Shown: positions 9,162-20,440, numbered from the stretch's first letter. The stretch: 64,000 nt of DNA from Planctomycetota bacterium (GCA_965223265.1 OZ244999.1:5344001-5408000), one strand, 5' to 3'. Notes: generated from the letters alone by a model not told the origin. Made by a program: numbers and translations.

Positions 9162-10820
9162 TCAGTCCTCAAGACGCTCGCAGAGTGATTCCACTGTGCG
9201 CGCGAAGTGCGGGTCGGGCAGGCGCTCGGCGACGAATCGCTCTGCATCGCGGACGGCGGAGTGGCTCCGACGACAGAAGAAGGCTGCCACCTCCTTCGCT
9301 GTATGCGACGTGTAGCGACGTCCTAAGTACATGGCAACGCGGCGGGCGAACGCAATTCTCTGCGTGCGCGCAGAAGACTGCAGCACAGCAACTGTGAGGT
9401 TGTAATAACCGGAGACGACTTTCCCGATCCGCTCGAGAGTGATCGCACAGCGCTGGTCGCACAAATGCTCGGCGACCACTTCCTTGACGGCGGCGAGATC
9501 AAGCCCTCGGCGCGTCACCCCGCAGTGGTGTTTCAGTTGACTCAGCACTCCGTTGAGCTCGTGGCCGTTACCGCAGAGCGTGTCGGCGACGAATTTGAGC
9601 GCTTCGCCGGCAACGGGAATGCTGAGACGCTTCGCGCCTTGCTCGAGGAGGCAAAGACGGGCCTGCGCATCAAAGGCGCCCAACCGCACCGGCAGCCCCC
9701 CTAGAAAACGACTCGCGAGCGCAGGCGCCACACCCGAAAGCTGGCCCGGCGAGACACTGCTCGCCAACACCACCTGATGCGAACTCTCGACCAGAGCCTT
9801 GTACGTGTGCAACAGCTCTTCTTGGGTTTTCTTCTTTCCAGCAAGCGCATCAACGTCGTCCACGATCAGAACGTCGACGGCACGAAACCGACGGCGAAAG
9901 CTTGAAAGCGTATGCTCACGCAGGCTGGCGACGAATTGGTTGCAGAAATCTTCGGCCGTCACGTAGCGCACAAGCGGCTCCTCGCGCCGGCCGCGCTGCG
10001 CGAGCCGCTTGAGCACCATGTCGCCAGCACGCGCGCGCTGCCGGATCGTTCGCTGCAGCCCCTTCAGGAGGTGCGTCTTGCCAACACCGGTTGGGCCGTG
10101 GACGAAGAGCGGATTGTAGAGGTCGCCTGGATGGGCGAGGACCTCGCGTACCGCGTCGAGGGCAAAGCGGTTGACCGGCGAGACAACAAAAGTCTCCAGC
10201 GACGGCTCACCGTCCACCGGCCTGGGCGCCGTCGCCTCGCGGTCCTGGCCAAGAGGCGCGACGTCGTCGACCTGTGCAGCACCGCCGCCGCTCGCCGCTC
10301 GCGAGCTTCGCTTCGACGCTGGCGCGCTGTCACCGTCGCTCTCGCGGCGGCCGAATAGCATCCTTTGTTCCCGTGCGCTGGCGTGGCAGGGCGAGGCATC
10401 GTTCACTGATAAGACGACGCGCATCGGCTGCCCCGCAACCTTCTCCAAGACCCGTTTGAGGATCAGCAGATACCGTTCCTCAAGCCAGTCTTTGACGAAG
10501 GTGTTCGGAACGCCGAATCGCACCAGGTCTCCGCTCGTCGACAGGACTTGCAGACTCGCAAGCCACCGGGTGTAGCGATCCTGGCCGCACTCGTCGACCA
10601 AAAGGGACTCCACTTTGGCCCACAGAGCGCCGTGCGCTCCAGCGCCAGTGACTCCACCAAGTCTCTCTTCGGTCACCGGGAGCGAAAGCTCCCGGTGGTT
10701 GTCCACCACCACGTGAATACTCTCTCCACTCTGACTTCGACGCAGACCAGGCGCCGCCCGCTTCACTGGAGCGGCTGTCTGGACACGCTGAATCGACTCC
10801 GCAGTTCCTTTGCCGCGCAA
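9162..10820 (-). CDS. dnaA: Chromosomal replication initiator DnaA (divergent, probably a second paralog; true start may be downstream)
   Basis: Domain I (Y.RWL...VPN.FVKDWL), YNPLFVHGPTGVGKTHLL Walker A, LIVDDV Walker B, TQEELLH, SRF; domain IV ARRVAMYL..RSHSAV. Confidence 0.9.
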   Translation of the reverse strand: MRGKGTAESIQRVQTAAPVKRAAPGLRRSQSGESIHVVVDNHRELSLPVTEERLGGVTGAGAHGALWAKVESLLVDECGQDRYTRWLASLQVLSTSGDLVRFGVPNTFVKDWLEERYLLILKRVLEKVAGQPMRVVLSVNDASPCHASAREQRMLFGRRESDGDSAPASKRSSRAASGGGAAQVDDVAPLGQDREATAPRPVDGEPSLETFVVSPVNRFALDAVREVLAHPGDLYNPLFVHGPTGVGKTHLLKGLQRTIRQRARAGDMVLKRLAQRGRREEPLVRYVTAEDFCNQFVASLREHTLSSFRRRFRAVDVLIVDDVDALAGKKKTQEELLHTYKALVESSHQVVLASSVSPGQLSGVAPALASRFLGGLPVRLGAFDAQARLCLLEQGAKRLSIPVAGEALKFVADTLCGNGHELNGVLSQLKHHCGVTRRGLDLAAVKEVVAEHLCDQRCAITLERIGKVVSGYYNLTVAVLQSSARTQRIAFARRVAMYLGRRYTSHTAKEVAAFFCRRSHSAVRDAERFVAERLPDPHFARTVESLCERLED

Positions 10821-11902
10821 CGCCAGGCTCCACCACCCGGGCTCACAGCGTCACAGAACACCAGCGACGATCGGCTGACCTCTCACCCGTCGCGATCTGC
10901 GTCGGTGTCCGCGACGTCCTCGGATCGAGACCAAGAACGCAGGTCATCGCCGGCAGACAGCGCCAGGAGACTCGTGGCCGGGACACAACTCAACGGTCCC
11001 TGCGGGCGCGAAAGTCTCGAGCCTCGAGCCGGCCGCGGCGTCTTGGGCTCGGCAACCCCTGCGTTGCGGCGCAGCGCCGCGGTTGGCGAGGCTGCGCCAG
11101 CTTCACTGCGATGCAGAAAGCGACCGGAGCGGCAGATGGTAGACTCCCGCCGAACTCGATCGCACGCGCGAGTGCGATCGAGTCGTCGGCACTCATGGCC
11201 CCCGAACGCAGGGCGCGAGAGACACGGCTGCTGTGTGATTTTGGCCACCATAAAATCCCCAAGCAACACTGTACGGATCAACTGACTGCAAGAATTCAAC
11301 TGACTGCAAGAATCGGCGAATCGGGAGACTGCTCTCCGAGTGATCCTCCGTCGTCGCCGCTGCACGGCGATGTTACGCTGCAATAAACGTGACGCTGCGA
11401 TGCTTGACTGCGATGTCTGCACGCGATTCCGTTGCGACACCTCGGGAAGTGAGCCCTACGCTTGCGCTCGGAATCAAGTCATCCGAACGCAAGTGCGCCG
11501 ACAACACACATTCTCTCTGTCGCGCACGCCTTCACTCGAAGAAAACCGCTGCATGCCATCGGCGAAGCGGGAAACGAACTGACGCCACCTATGCGGCAGC
11601 GATCGCATGCGACACAAATGCATCACGACGCTCGCACGGCGGAAAGATCGTCTTCAAGCGTTGACTTGTTTTGGATGGAGCAGAAATGTGCGCTGCTGCG
11701 AGACTCCCATCTCCTCCGCATGTCTTGCGATTGTTCTTGCCGCGCGCGCGTGGATCGTTGTCGCGACCCGACGTCGCCCGTTGAACGACCCTTTGGGAAT
11801 CGTTTGAGAGCTGAGACAACTCAACCCGCGACGAGACGACACCCAACGAGTCTTCGCAGCAAAAACGCGCTTAACAAGCAGCGTTCACAGCGAACGACGC
11901 GG

Positions 11903-11931
11903 ATCCTAACAAGCTCCCAAAGAGCTGTCAA
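11903..11931 (-). promoter_or_regulatory. Sigma70-type promoter facing the dnaA upstream gap
   Basis: Minus strand TTGACA-N17-TAGGAT; AGCTC-N5-GAGCT palindrome over the spacer. Confidence 0.55.
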
Positions 11932-11997
11932 CGGGCTAGCTAAAAAGCGCCGAACGTGTTCGATACAGATGTAGAAACGCGGCAAGAATCGTCGCGT

Positions 11998-12918
11998 TCA
12001 GCTCGTGGTCTCAGAGTCCGTTTTGGACTTGACAGCGTCCGTCTCGACAGCGTTTGACGCCGAGCTTTTCTTGCTCGCGCCGTCGTCGCTACGGCTAGCT
12101 TCTTTCTCGCGCTTCTCTTTCTCCTTCGACCACCACGCATGCCATAGGTCGCGCGCGTGTTGACGCAAAGCAGGAACTGCTTCGGGCCGGAAGCCGAGAT
12201 TTTTCTTAGCGAACTTGCGAAGAGCCTGAACGGCGTAGTCGCGCACGTAAACGGTTTCGTCGTCGAGCGCGGCAAGACAAACTTCCACCACTTCGTCGTT
12301 CTCACCGCTGGCATGTTCGGCAAAGAAGCGATACACGATGGTGCGCGTTAGGTCCGCGCCGTTCTTCGCCACCGGGATGAGAAAGGGGATCGCAGGCTCG
12401 CCGATTTCGCGCAGCTGGCGCTCAGCCCGCCATCGATGCTTGGCCTTCTGACGCTGCAGATCGTGAACCGCAGCCTCGATCTGCTTCTTGAGTTCGGGAT
12501 CGATTGCCTCGTCTTCGCTCTGGCTCTGCTGTTTTGCGTCGCCGGGCTGACGATCGACTGGGTCCGCCTCATCCTGAGCGCTATCGTCTGAACTCGCGGC
12601 GGCTTCCTTCGCGGAGGACTCGTCCTCGGCGCTGTCGGGCTTCTCTTTGACACCGGGCAAGTCGAGCTTCCGGTTCACCACAGGAGCTTGCCCAGTCGTG
12701 CCCGTGCGGCTGTTCTTCTCGACGTGGCTGATCTTCTCGACTTCGATCTCCAGCTTGCCGATTCTGCCGATCGAAACCTGGATCACCCGCTCACTACGCG
12801 CCGTGACGACCCCATCAATGTAGGAGCCGTTCTTCAGGTAGACCGTGTCGGCTTGAAGCGGCGCGGCTGCGCCGATCACGCACGCGGCACCGATGAAGAT
12901 TCTCAAGATGCGCAACAT
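11998..12918 (-). CDS. Secreted HEAT-repeat protein
   Basis: Signal peptide then ADTVYLKNG (planctomycete-type N-terminus); HEAT-like repeats AERQLREIGEPAIPFL, LDDETVYVRDYAVQAL. Confidence 0.75.
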   Translation of the reverse strand: MLRILRIFIGAACVIGAAAPLQADTVYLKNGSYIDGVVTARSERVIQVSIGRIGKLEIEVEKISHVEKNSRTGTTGQAPVVNRKLDLPGVKEKPDSAEDESSAKEAAASSDDSAQDEADPVDRQPGDAKQQSQSEDEAIDPELKKQIEAAVHDLQRQKAKHRWRAERQLREIGEPAIPFLIPVAKNGADLTRTIVYRFFAEHASGENDEVVEVCLAALDDETVYVRDYAVQALRKFAKKNLGFRPEAVPALRQHARDLWHAWWSKEKEKREKEASRSDDGASKKSSASNAVETDAVKSKTDSETTS

Positions 12919-13296
12919 ACTCAGACACTCCTGTCGAGACGATGGGATTGGCGAAGTTGTATGTTTCTTCGACCGCCGAGCCACTCACCTTTGCTCGAAT
13001 CTGAGCTCGAGCGGCCATTTGCAAGCGCTCAGGGCCGGGTCTTCGGAGCGAAGTACTCGGAGCGTCACGTCCGACCAGCCGCCACCAACGTTCACGTGGC
13101 TTCGCGTCTATCGGAAGACTACCCTGCAGCCGCCAATTCTGTCCACGACGATCAAAAACCGCGCCAATGGGCCGAAAAAGGAGCCCCGGCAGACGTAGCG
13201 GTGGACGTCATCGTAAGTCGTGCTGTGCAAACGAACCGTCTCCGACGCAGACACACGAGCGCTGGCACCTGACGGGTTCGAGACCGCGCGCCAACT

Positions 13297-14358
13297 TCAG
13301 ACCGAGAAGCGGAACTCAACAACATCGCCGTCAGCAACGACGTAGTCCTTGCCTTCGACCCGATACGTCCCTTTCTCCTTCGCCGCCTTGACACTTCCTG
13401 CCTTCTCATAGTCGGCGTAGGAAACCACCTCCGCACGGATGAAGCCGCGCTCGAAGTCCGAGTGGATGGCGCCCGCCGCCTGCGGCGCGGTGTCCCCCTG
13501 GCGGATCGTCCACGCTCGCACCTCTTTTTCCCCAGCCGTAAAAAAGCTGATCGCTCCTGCGGCGCGGTAGGAAGCCTCGATGATCGCCTGTTGGTGAAAC
13601 TCTTCGACCCCGTATTCGGCCAGAAACACGTCACGCTCCTCGACCGGCAGCTGCAAGATCTCCAGCTCGTTGCGTGCTGGGACGACGATCATACCGTGCG
13701 TCGCCCGCGTCCTCAGATCCTCGACCACTTCGGGCACGACCCCACTCTCGTCGCAGCTGACGACGACGACGGCAGGCTTGGCACTCAAGAACCCGAAGCC
13801 GCCCAATTTCTTCTCCTCCTCCTGCGAGAGCTCGCAACTGGCGAGCGCTTTGTCGCTCTCAAGATGCTCCTTGAGCCGTGTGAGGATTTGGATTTCCTTG
13901 GCCTCTTCCTCTTGGAACGCCGGTTTGCGGCGCTTCGCCTCCAGCTTTTCGAGCCGCCGCTCGACGAGCTCGAGGTCCGACAGGATCAGCTCTCCTTCGA
14001 CTTCATCCAAATCCTCAGCGGGCCGGGCACTCGGTAGCCCCGGGGACGAGAACGCGCGTACAACGATGAGCAGCGCGTGCGCCTCGCGCGCCGGCGCCAG
14101 CAAATCTGCCAGCCCCGCTCGGTCCTGACCTTCGCGCTTCACTGGAGGAAAGTCTAGCAAGTCAACGGCAGCGGGCGTGAACTTCTTCGGCTGAAAGTCA
14201 TCGCGCAGTCGCTCCAGTCGTTGGTCGTGAACCAGGACGCGCTTGAGTTGCGGCTTGTTCGCGGCTCCGGTGTAACCGGGTGTCTCAGATTCGCCCGTGA
14301 GCAGCTGAAAAAGGGTCGTTTTACCGCTTCCCGGAAGCCCTATGATCCCGACCTTCAT
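13297..14358 (-). CDS. ychF: Ribosome-binding ATPase YchF (Obg family)
   Basis: GIIGLPGSGKTTLF, FFTAGEKEVRAWTI, AAGAIHSDFERGFIRAEV, EGKDYVVADGD. Confidence 0.95.
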   Translation of the reverse strand: MKVGIIGLPGSGKTTLFQLLTGESETPGYTGAANKPQLKRVLVHDQRLERLRDDFQPKKFTPAAVDLLDFPPVKREGQDRAGLADLLAPAREAHALLIVVRAFSSPGLPSARPAEDLDEVEGELILSDLELVERRLEKLEAKRRKPAFQEEEAKEIQILTRLKEHLESDKALASCELSQEEEKKLGGFGFLSAKPAVVVVSCDESGVVPEVVEDLRTRATHGMIVVPARNELEILQLPVEERDVFLAEYGVEEFHQQAIIEASYRAAGAISFFTAGEKEVRAWTIRQGDTAPQAAGAIHSDFERGFIRAEVVSYADYEKAGSVKAAKEKGTYRVEGKDYVVADGDVVEFRFSV

Positions 14359-15713
14359 GATGCTGCGTCCCGTTCCTCCTTCTTTGCCATCAAATCGCTC
14401 GCCAGGATTCCGGCCTCATAGAGAAGAATGAGCGGACCGGCCATCAGAAGCAACGTGATCGGATCAGGTGGCGTCAACATCGCGGCAGCACAGAAACCAA
14501 AAAAGATCGCTGGTTTGCGATGCCGCCGAAATCCTGCCGCGTCGATGATGCCGATCTTCGAGAGAAAGATCATAAGGAGCGGTACCTGGAAGACAAGCCC
14601 CATCAAGATCGTAAGCGTGAGGAAAAGACCGATGTAGTTGCCCAGCGTGATGCTGAGGCTAACCTCTTGGACGCCCCAACTAGCTAGGAACTGAAGGCCG
14701 AGCGGTATCATGATGAAATAACCAAACAGCACGCCGGCGACGAAGAGTCCGAGTGAGATTGGGAGAAAGATCACGACGTACTTCTGTTCGTGATCGTAGA
14801 GGCCGGCTCCCACGAACTTCCAGAGCTCGTAGAGCACGAACGGCAGCGACAACCCGAGACCAAAAATCCCTGCCACCTTGAGATACGTGATGAAACTCTC
14901 GAGGTAGTGGATCATGATCAAATTCACGGAGGGCTTGAGAATCGCTTCGATGTCTCGCTTGGTTTCGCCCAGGCGTCGCTGCAAGTAGGCGGGTAGCTGA
15001 GACTCCAGCACGCGCGCGCGAAGCTCTTCGAGCGCGACGCCGCTCTTCGCGGCCTCGTCTCGACGCTCCTCAAGAAAAGCCGTGAACTCGCGGTACTGCC
15101 CCACGACCTCACCGAGGTCCTCTCCGAGCCCGAGGGCGACTTGCGCTGAGTTCGGCCCGTAGAGCTCATGCGCCGACACCAACAACCTCTCGACCTCAGC
15201 GACGAGGGCACTCACGTCCCGAATCTGTGCCGTCTCCAGGTCCGAAACGAAGTGGGTCGACACCGATTCGGCAAATCGCGTCGCCAACGACTTCAAAAGA
15301 CGATCGAGCACCTGTCGCTGGCTCGGCACGAAGGCGTCGACCGCCTCGAGATCGCGCGATGTCGCCGCGGCAGCGTCTTCGAGCAGCTCAGCCAATCCGG
15401 GCACGGCGAGATCCTTGGCGAAGAGAACCTCCCACTGCACAGCCTCGGCTTCGAGTGTGACGATGTCGTCGCCGACCTGGTCGCCGGCACGCAGCCGCGC
15501 CAAATCGTCCATTGCGGCGCTCAGCCGACGCGTTGCTTGGTCACGAAGCGCCGCCTCGATCGCGGCCTCGTGAGGCCGGAGCGCCGCTCGCATCAACTCC
15601 TCGCCAAAAATGAGACAAACCGTGACCGCGACGAGCAGGAAGATGATCGCGCGAATCAGGCAAGAACGCAGCTCTTCGAGGTGCTCTCCGAAGGTCATAC
15701 GAACTTCGCGCAT
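14355..15713 (-). CDS. tatC: Twin-arginine translocase subunit TatC with large insertion
   Basis: MTFGEHLEELR, P.VLYELWKFV.AGLY.HE, FQVPL, AAMLTPPDP, LYE. Confidence 0.92.
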   Translation of the reverse strand: MREVRMTFGEHLEELRSCLIRAIIFLLVAVTVCLIFGEELMRAALRPHEAAIEAALRDQATRRLSAAMDDLARLRAGDQVGDDIVTLEAEAVQWEVLFAKDLAVPGLAELLEDAAAATSRDLEAVDAFVPSQRQVLDRLLKSLATRFAESVSTHFVSDLETAQIRDVSALVAEVERLLVSAHELYGPNSAQVALGLGEDLGEVVGQYREFTAFLEERRDEAAKSGVALEELRARVLESQLPAYLQRRLGETKRDIEAILKPSVNLIMIHYLESFITYLKVAGIFGLGLSLPFVLYELWKFVGAGLYDHEQKYVVIFLPISLGLFVAGVLFGYFIMIPLGLQFLASWGVQEVSLSITLGNYIGLFLTLTILMGLVFQVPLLMIFLSKIGIIDAAGFRRHRKPAIFFGFCAAAMLTPPDPITLLLMAGPLILLYEAGILASDLMAKKEERDAAS

Positions 15714-16295
15714 TCGACACTCCTTACGAATTCAGCAGGAAACGGGAGCACCATCACCCCGGCACTTTCCGACGGAAAATCGCCGGTTGCAGGGTGCGCG
15801 GCTGATCGCGACCGCGTCCGCACGCGGTGATCGCCCCGGACTGCGCACACGCCGAGGGCGCGGGCGCAAAAAAAGCAGCCTTCACGGGACGACCGCCAAG
15901 CGGCCAGGCTCCTGATCCATGCATCCAGTCCAGGGCTGGACGACTTCGCGCCGGCAAGTTTTGGTGCCGGCAGGTGTTGTCCAAGCCGCGAGGGAGCGCC
16001 CGGTGAAACGTCCGCTCAACGCGAGTTTCTACGCCCTGCGAGGCGAGCTGTTAGCTCACGCGTCGCCGCGAACTCGCGCAGGCGCGCTTCGCGTGACGGC
16101 TCGCTCAACGAGCGGACCAGACGCAGGCGCGCCATGCCTTCGGCCTTCCGATTGTTAACATCCCACAGCAGCAGGTGCACCGCACCCCCTTGAGGGATCA
16201 TTTGTTACTGTAGGCGACTCGAAAAGTCAACGCCCCACGGGAGCCGTCGTGCAGTCGCCGGTGGGTGATCTGAGAACTCCGCTCGGCGCTGCCGG

Positions 16296-17537
16296 TCAAA
16301 TACCGAGCAGGCTCAACAGGTCGCGCTCACGAATGACGACAACACCGTATTCACGCGCCGTGCGATATTCCTGCGACGTCTCATAACCGTCAATCAAGAT
16401 CACGAAGTCAGTGTTGAGATCGACACGCGGTTCGACGATTCCACCATTCGATCCGATCATGTTCTTGACGAAATCAAGACTGAACTGATCGCTCGAAAGA
16501 GATCTCCCTGCAAAAACGAACACCGGTTTCTTCTCCGGGTCGAAGAGAGGGCTCGAGACGAAGTCGCCTGCGGTGATCGGATTCAGACTGTCCACTTCCT
16601 CGTAGCTCACCTCAGCTTGATTCTCCTGCACCGCGCGCACTTCCGCCTGCCCCTTATGGATGGGTCGCCCACCCTTGCCGAGCTGATAGACGCGGAAGAT
16701 CAGTCCCTTGCGGAGAAAATCGGACCGCCCTAGGTCAATCCACCCCTTGCGGGCGTCGGAGTCGACAACCAACAGTAGGCCGTCAGGATCGACGTCCTCA
16801 AGTGTCTGCTCTTTGTACTGCTGCTCTTCCAGGCTCTGGAGTCGACGCCCCATGTTGGAAAGCAGCGTCGCTTGATAGGCGGTCAGTCGCCGCGAACGTG
16901 TCAAGTCTTCGCCGTACGTATCGTTCAGTTGCTCGATCCGCAGCAGGTACTCCTCTTCCTTCTGCTTTGAGCTGCTGTCGAGTTCTTCTAGGCGCACCTC
17001 AAGATCGCTGACTTGGTCTGCCAGCTCCTTGTTCTTCGTCTGGATGGCCGCAACGGTGTTGTCGCGGTCCGTCTCCGCTACCTGTACGGCCTTCTGCGCT
17101 TCGTCGGTCCGTGTCGCCATCTCAGCGAACAGCTTGCGATACTCAGCCAGCAAACTCTGCAAATGGTCGTACGGTTCAACGAGGTACTGGAAGTCGGATT
17201 CGGGAATCTGAACGCGATCTCCGAGCTCTTTGACAGCCTCGTTGTATGACGCCTCGATCGATTCGAGTCGCGTTTGGGTGAAGTGAAGGTCTCCGGGCCA
17301 ACTGGCTTCGTCTTCGTAGGTCGGTCCGCCGACGGCGACGCGCAAATCCGACAGCGTATCGCTGAGCGACTGGACGTTCGTCGCTTCGGCCTCGAGGCGA
17401 CTACGGAGCGCGGAAAGCTGGTTGTTGGCTTCGGTGCGCTTCGCGTTTGTCGTGATAAAAAAGACCGCCATCACTCCGAACAGTAGCAGCATGATGATGA
17501 AGAGGGTTAGGTAAACCGATCCTTCCCGCTGTGCCAT
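16296..17537 (-). CDS. Membrane-anchored coiled-coil protein with C-terminal BRCT-like domain
   Basis: N-terminal TM, long heptad-rich region, then FVFAG...IGSNGGIV..RVDLNTDFVIL...AREYGVVVI BRCT pattern. Confidence 0.75.
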   Translation of the reverse strand: MAQREGSVYLTLFIIMLLLFGVMAVFFITTNAKRTEANNQLSALRSRLEAEATNVQSLSDTLSDLRVAVGGPTYEDEASWPGDLHFTQTRLESIEASYNEAVKELGDRVQIPESDFQYLVEPYDHLQSLLAEYRKLFAEMATRTDEAQKAVQVAETDRDNTVAAIQTKNKELADQVSDLEVRLEELDSSSKQKEEEYLLRIEQLNDTYGEDLTRSRRLTAYQATLLSNMGRRLQSLEEQQYKEQTLEDVDPDGLLLVVDSDARKGWIDLGRSDFLRKGLIFRVYQLGKGGRPIHKGQAEVRAVQENQAEVSYEEVDSLNPITAGDFVSSPLFDPEKKPVFVFAGRSLSSDQFSLDFVKNMIGSNGGIVEPRVDLNTDFVILIDGYETSQEYRTAREYGVVVIRERDLLSLLGI

Positions 17538-17746
17538 TTCAGTCCTCCGCCACGCGGCGTTTCAAAACCATAGACGACATGGGTGAACAAGCGAAAGAAG
17601 GCAGGAAAGGACTCCTTCCGCCGGCGGCGCGCGTCGACGATCCAGTCCGCTTCATTTCTTACGTAGATGTAGTGGAGATACCGAGTTCGCTACGGATCGT
17701 TCCGCGAACTCTGAGGCGGGCGACACACCCATACGCCCAGCCCTCG

Positions 17747-17776
17747 ATTGTAAAGACCCATGCGTAACGGAGTCAA
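17747..17776 (-). promoter_or_regulatory. Sigma70-type promoter for the BRCT coiled-coil gene
   Basis: Minus strand TTGACT-N18-TACAAT. Confidence 0.5.
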
Positions 17777-18270
17777 GTTCCCAGCCGTACGGTCGATTCT
17801 CAGGGGTTATTCCTTGACAAAGAAAACGGCGGAATCGATGATCCCGTAAAGGCAAAGTGAGTGAGAAACGCCTGGAGTTCGTCGTAACACCCGCCTGAGA
17901 ATCCGCCGCGACGACAACGAGGAGCTTAGAAAACAGAGACTCGCTGTTTTCGTTTCCCTGACGTGTTGTGTCAGGCAAGTGTTTGGCAGGCACTCCTCAC
18001 GACGCTTTCCGAATTCTTAGAATCTCTCTTCTCAGTCATCGTTCGGTCATCGCCACGTCGAATTTCAGCACTCGCTGTGAGCGTCCTGGCCGAATGGCTT
18101 CGACAAGATTCGAAATTCGAAGAACAATCAATCGCGAAAAGAAGTGACCGCTCAGCCGGACGACTGAGCCCTCAAGCCCTCATCCCAACATTCCCCTTTT
18201 CCAATCCCGTTTCTCGCGCCCCTGTGCGGGGTCGAGCACCCGAGTCCCCCAAAAGGAAGGCTCTTTCCCG

Positions 18271-18963
18271 ATGATCGTTGCCGTTGTCGGTGGCATCGCC
18301 GCAGGCAAGTCGACCGTCGTTGACTTGCTACTGGAACTGGCGCGCACTCGCGACCTGCCGCCTGGTCAGGCTGCGCCGCGCGCCGAGTCGATCAACGCCG
18401 ACGCGATCGCCCACGAAGTTCTCAACAGCCCCAGCGTCCGCTCACAGGTGGTTGAATGGCTCGGGCCCGGCGCGCTCGAGGCCGACGGGTCTGTCGATCG
18501 ACGCCAAGTCGCCGAGCGTGTGTTTTCCGACCGCGGCGCGCTCGCCCACTTGGAGAGCCTCGTCCACCCCGAGGTGCGCCGGCGCATCGCAGCGCGCATC
18601 GAGTCTTTTCGTCAAGCGGCATCGAGTAGTGACCTTCTCGTTCTCGACATTCCTTTGCTCGCCCGCACACCGTTTCCTCGCGACTGCGACTCGATTGTGT
18701 TTGTGGAAACCTCGAGCGCGGAACGCGTCCGCCGGGCGAAGGAATCCCGCGGCTGGGATGAGGCAGAGCTGAAGCGACGAGAGACAATGCAAGCGCCCAT
18801 CGCGGAGACGCGCCGACTGGCGGACTTCGTGATCGACAATTCAGGAGATCGAGAAACGACGCGGGAACAAGCGAAGCGATACATGGCGCACCTCGCAAGC
18901 GCTGCAGCCCCGGGGCCTAAAAGCCGGTTGAAAGAGTCCGAAGCACCTTCGACAGGCTGCTAA
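18271..18963 (+). CDS. coaE: Dephospho-CoA kinase
   Basis: [40 protein letters not shown]. Confidence 0.95.
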   Translation: MIVAVVGGIAAGKSTVVDLLLELARTRDLPPGQAAPRAESINADAIAHEVLNSPSVRSQVVEWLGPGALEADGSVDRRQVAERVFSDRGALAHLESLVHPEVRRRIAARIESFRQAASSSDLLVLDIPLLARTPFPRDCDSIVFVETSSAERVRRAKESRGWDEAELKRRETMQAPIAETRRLADFVIDNSGDRETTREQAKRYMAHLASAAAPGPKSRLKESEAPSTGC

Positions 18964-19009
18964 ATCAACGACCAATCGAAAACATCACGCTGAACGGAGG
19001 CGGAGCACG

Positions 19010-20440
19010 ATGGCAACAGCGAAGGCCAAAAACAACTCGCGAAAGAAACGCGGCGACGGCGGCAAGGCAGCGCCGCGCGGTGGGCGCTCCAGCAGCGGGC
19101 TGCCGAGCGACGAAGAGCTCGAGGCAGAAGCGAAACAATTGGAAGCCTCGGGGACGAGCGGCGGCGAAAAGGAAGGTCTCCACATCAGCCAACTGCAGCG
19201 AATGACCGTGCCGGAGCTCCACGAGCTCGCCAAGGCGGAAGATGTGACGGAATACACCGGCCTAAAAAAGCAGGACCTGATCTTCAAGCTCCTCAAAGGC
19301 AGCGCGTCGAAAAACGGACTCATGTACGGTGAAGGCGTGCTTGAGGTTCTCCCGGACGGCTTTGGATTCTTGCGTTCGCCACGCTACAGCTATTACCCAT
19401 GTCCGGATGACATCTACGTGTCGCCGTCGCAAATCCGCCGCTTTGGTATGCACACCGGTGCGGTGATTTCGGGGCAGATTCGCCCGCCAAAGGAAAACGA
19501 GCGGTACTTCGCCTTGCTTCGCGTCGAAGCCATCAACTACGAGGAGCCAGAGAAACTCCACAGTAAGGCGAACTTTGACGACCTCACCCCGCTCTATCCG
19601 GAAGAGCGTCTCGTTCTGGAATGTGATGCGGCCAACTTCGAGACGAGAATCATCGATCTCGTCACCCCGATTGGCAAAGGGCAGCGCGGCTTGATCGTCG
19701 CACCACCGCGAACCGGCAAGACGATCTTGCTGCAAAAGATTGCTAATAGCATCACTCGCAACAATCCTGAGGTCGACTTGATCGTACTATTGATCGACGA
19801 GCGACCAGAAGAAGTGACCGACATGGAACGCTCGGTGAAGGGCGAAGTCATCAGCTCGACGTTCGACGAGCCGGCCGCCCGTCACGTCCAAGTCGCTGAA
19901 ATGGTGATCGAGAAGGCGAAGCGCATGATCGAGTATGGTCGTGACGTCGTCATCCTTCTTGATTCGATCACGCGTCTCGCACGCGCCTACAACACCGAAG
20001 TGCCGCACTCAGGCAGGATTCTCTCCGGTGGTGTGGACGCGAGCGCCCTTCAGAAACCAAAGCGCTTCTTTGGATCGGCTAGAAACATCGAAGAGGGCGG
20101 CAGCTTGACGATCATCGCAACGGCGCTTGTTGACACCGGCAGCCGCATGGACGAGGTGATCTTCGAGGAGTTCAAAGGAACCGGCAACATGGAGCTTCAT
20201 CTCGATCGTCGGCTCGCCGACAAACGCGTCTGGCCGGCCATCGATATCACCCGCTCCGGCACACGCAAAGAGGAGCTGCTACTCGACAGTGATGAGCAGC
20301 GTCGCATCTGGGTGCTCCGCAAGGTGCTGCACGACATGAACCCAGTGGAGGCGATGGAGCTGCTGACCACGAAGCTGAAGCAGCACCCAACGAATCCGGA
20401 GTTCTTGCTGTCGATGAACGCCGATCGCATCGTTTCCTAG
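19010..20440 (+). CDS. rho: Transcription termination factor Rho
   Basis: [68 protein letters not shown]. Confidence 0.99.
   Translation: MATAKAKNNSRKKRGDGGKAAPRGGRSSSGLPSDEELEAEAKQLEASGTSGGEKEGLHISQLQRMTVPELHELAKAEDVTEYTGLKKQDLIFKLLKGSASKNGLMYGEGVLEVLPDGFGFLRSPRYSYYPCPDDIYVSPSQIRRFGMHTGAVISGQIRPPKENERYFALLRVEAINYEEPEKLHSKANFDDLTPLYPEERLVLECDAANFETRIIDLVTPIGKGQRGLIVAPPRTGKTILLQKIANSITRNNPEVDLIVLLIDERPEEVTDMERSVKGEVISSTFDEPAARHVQVAEMVIEKAKRMIEYGRDVVILLDSITRLARAYNTEVPHSGRILSGGVDASALQKPKRFFGSARNIEEGGSLTIIATALVDTGSRMDEVIFEEFKGTGNMELHLDRRLADKRVWPAIDITRSGTRKEELLLDSDEQRRIWVLRKVLHDMNPVEAMELLTTKLKQHPTNPEFLLSMNADRIVS

Noticed and set aside
10821-11997. Canonical oriC
   Set aside because: No TTATCCACA cluster or AT-rich unwinding element found by eye; no dnaN
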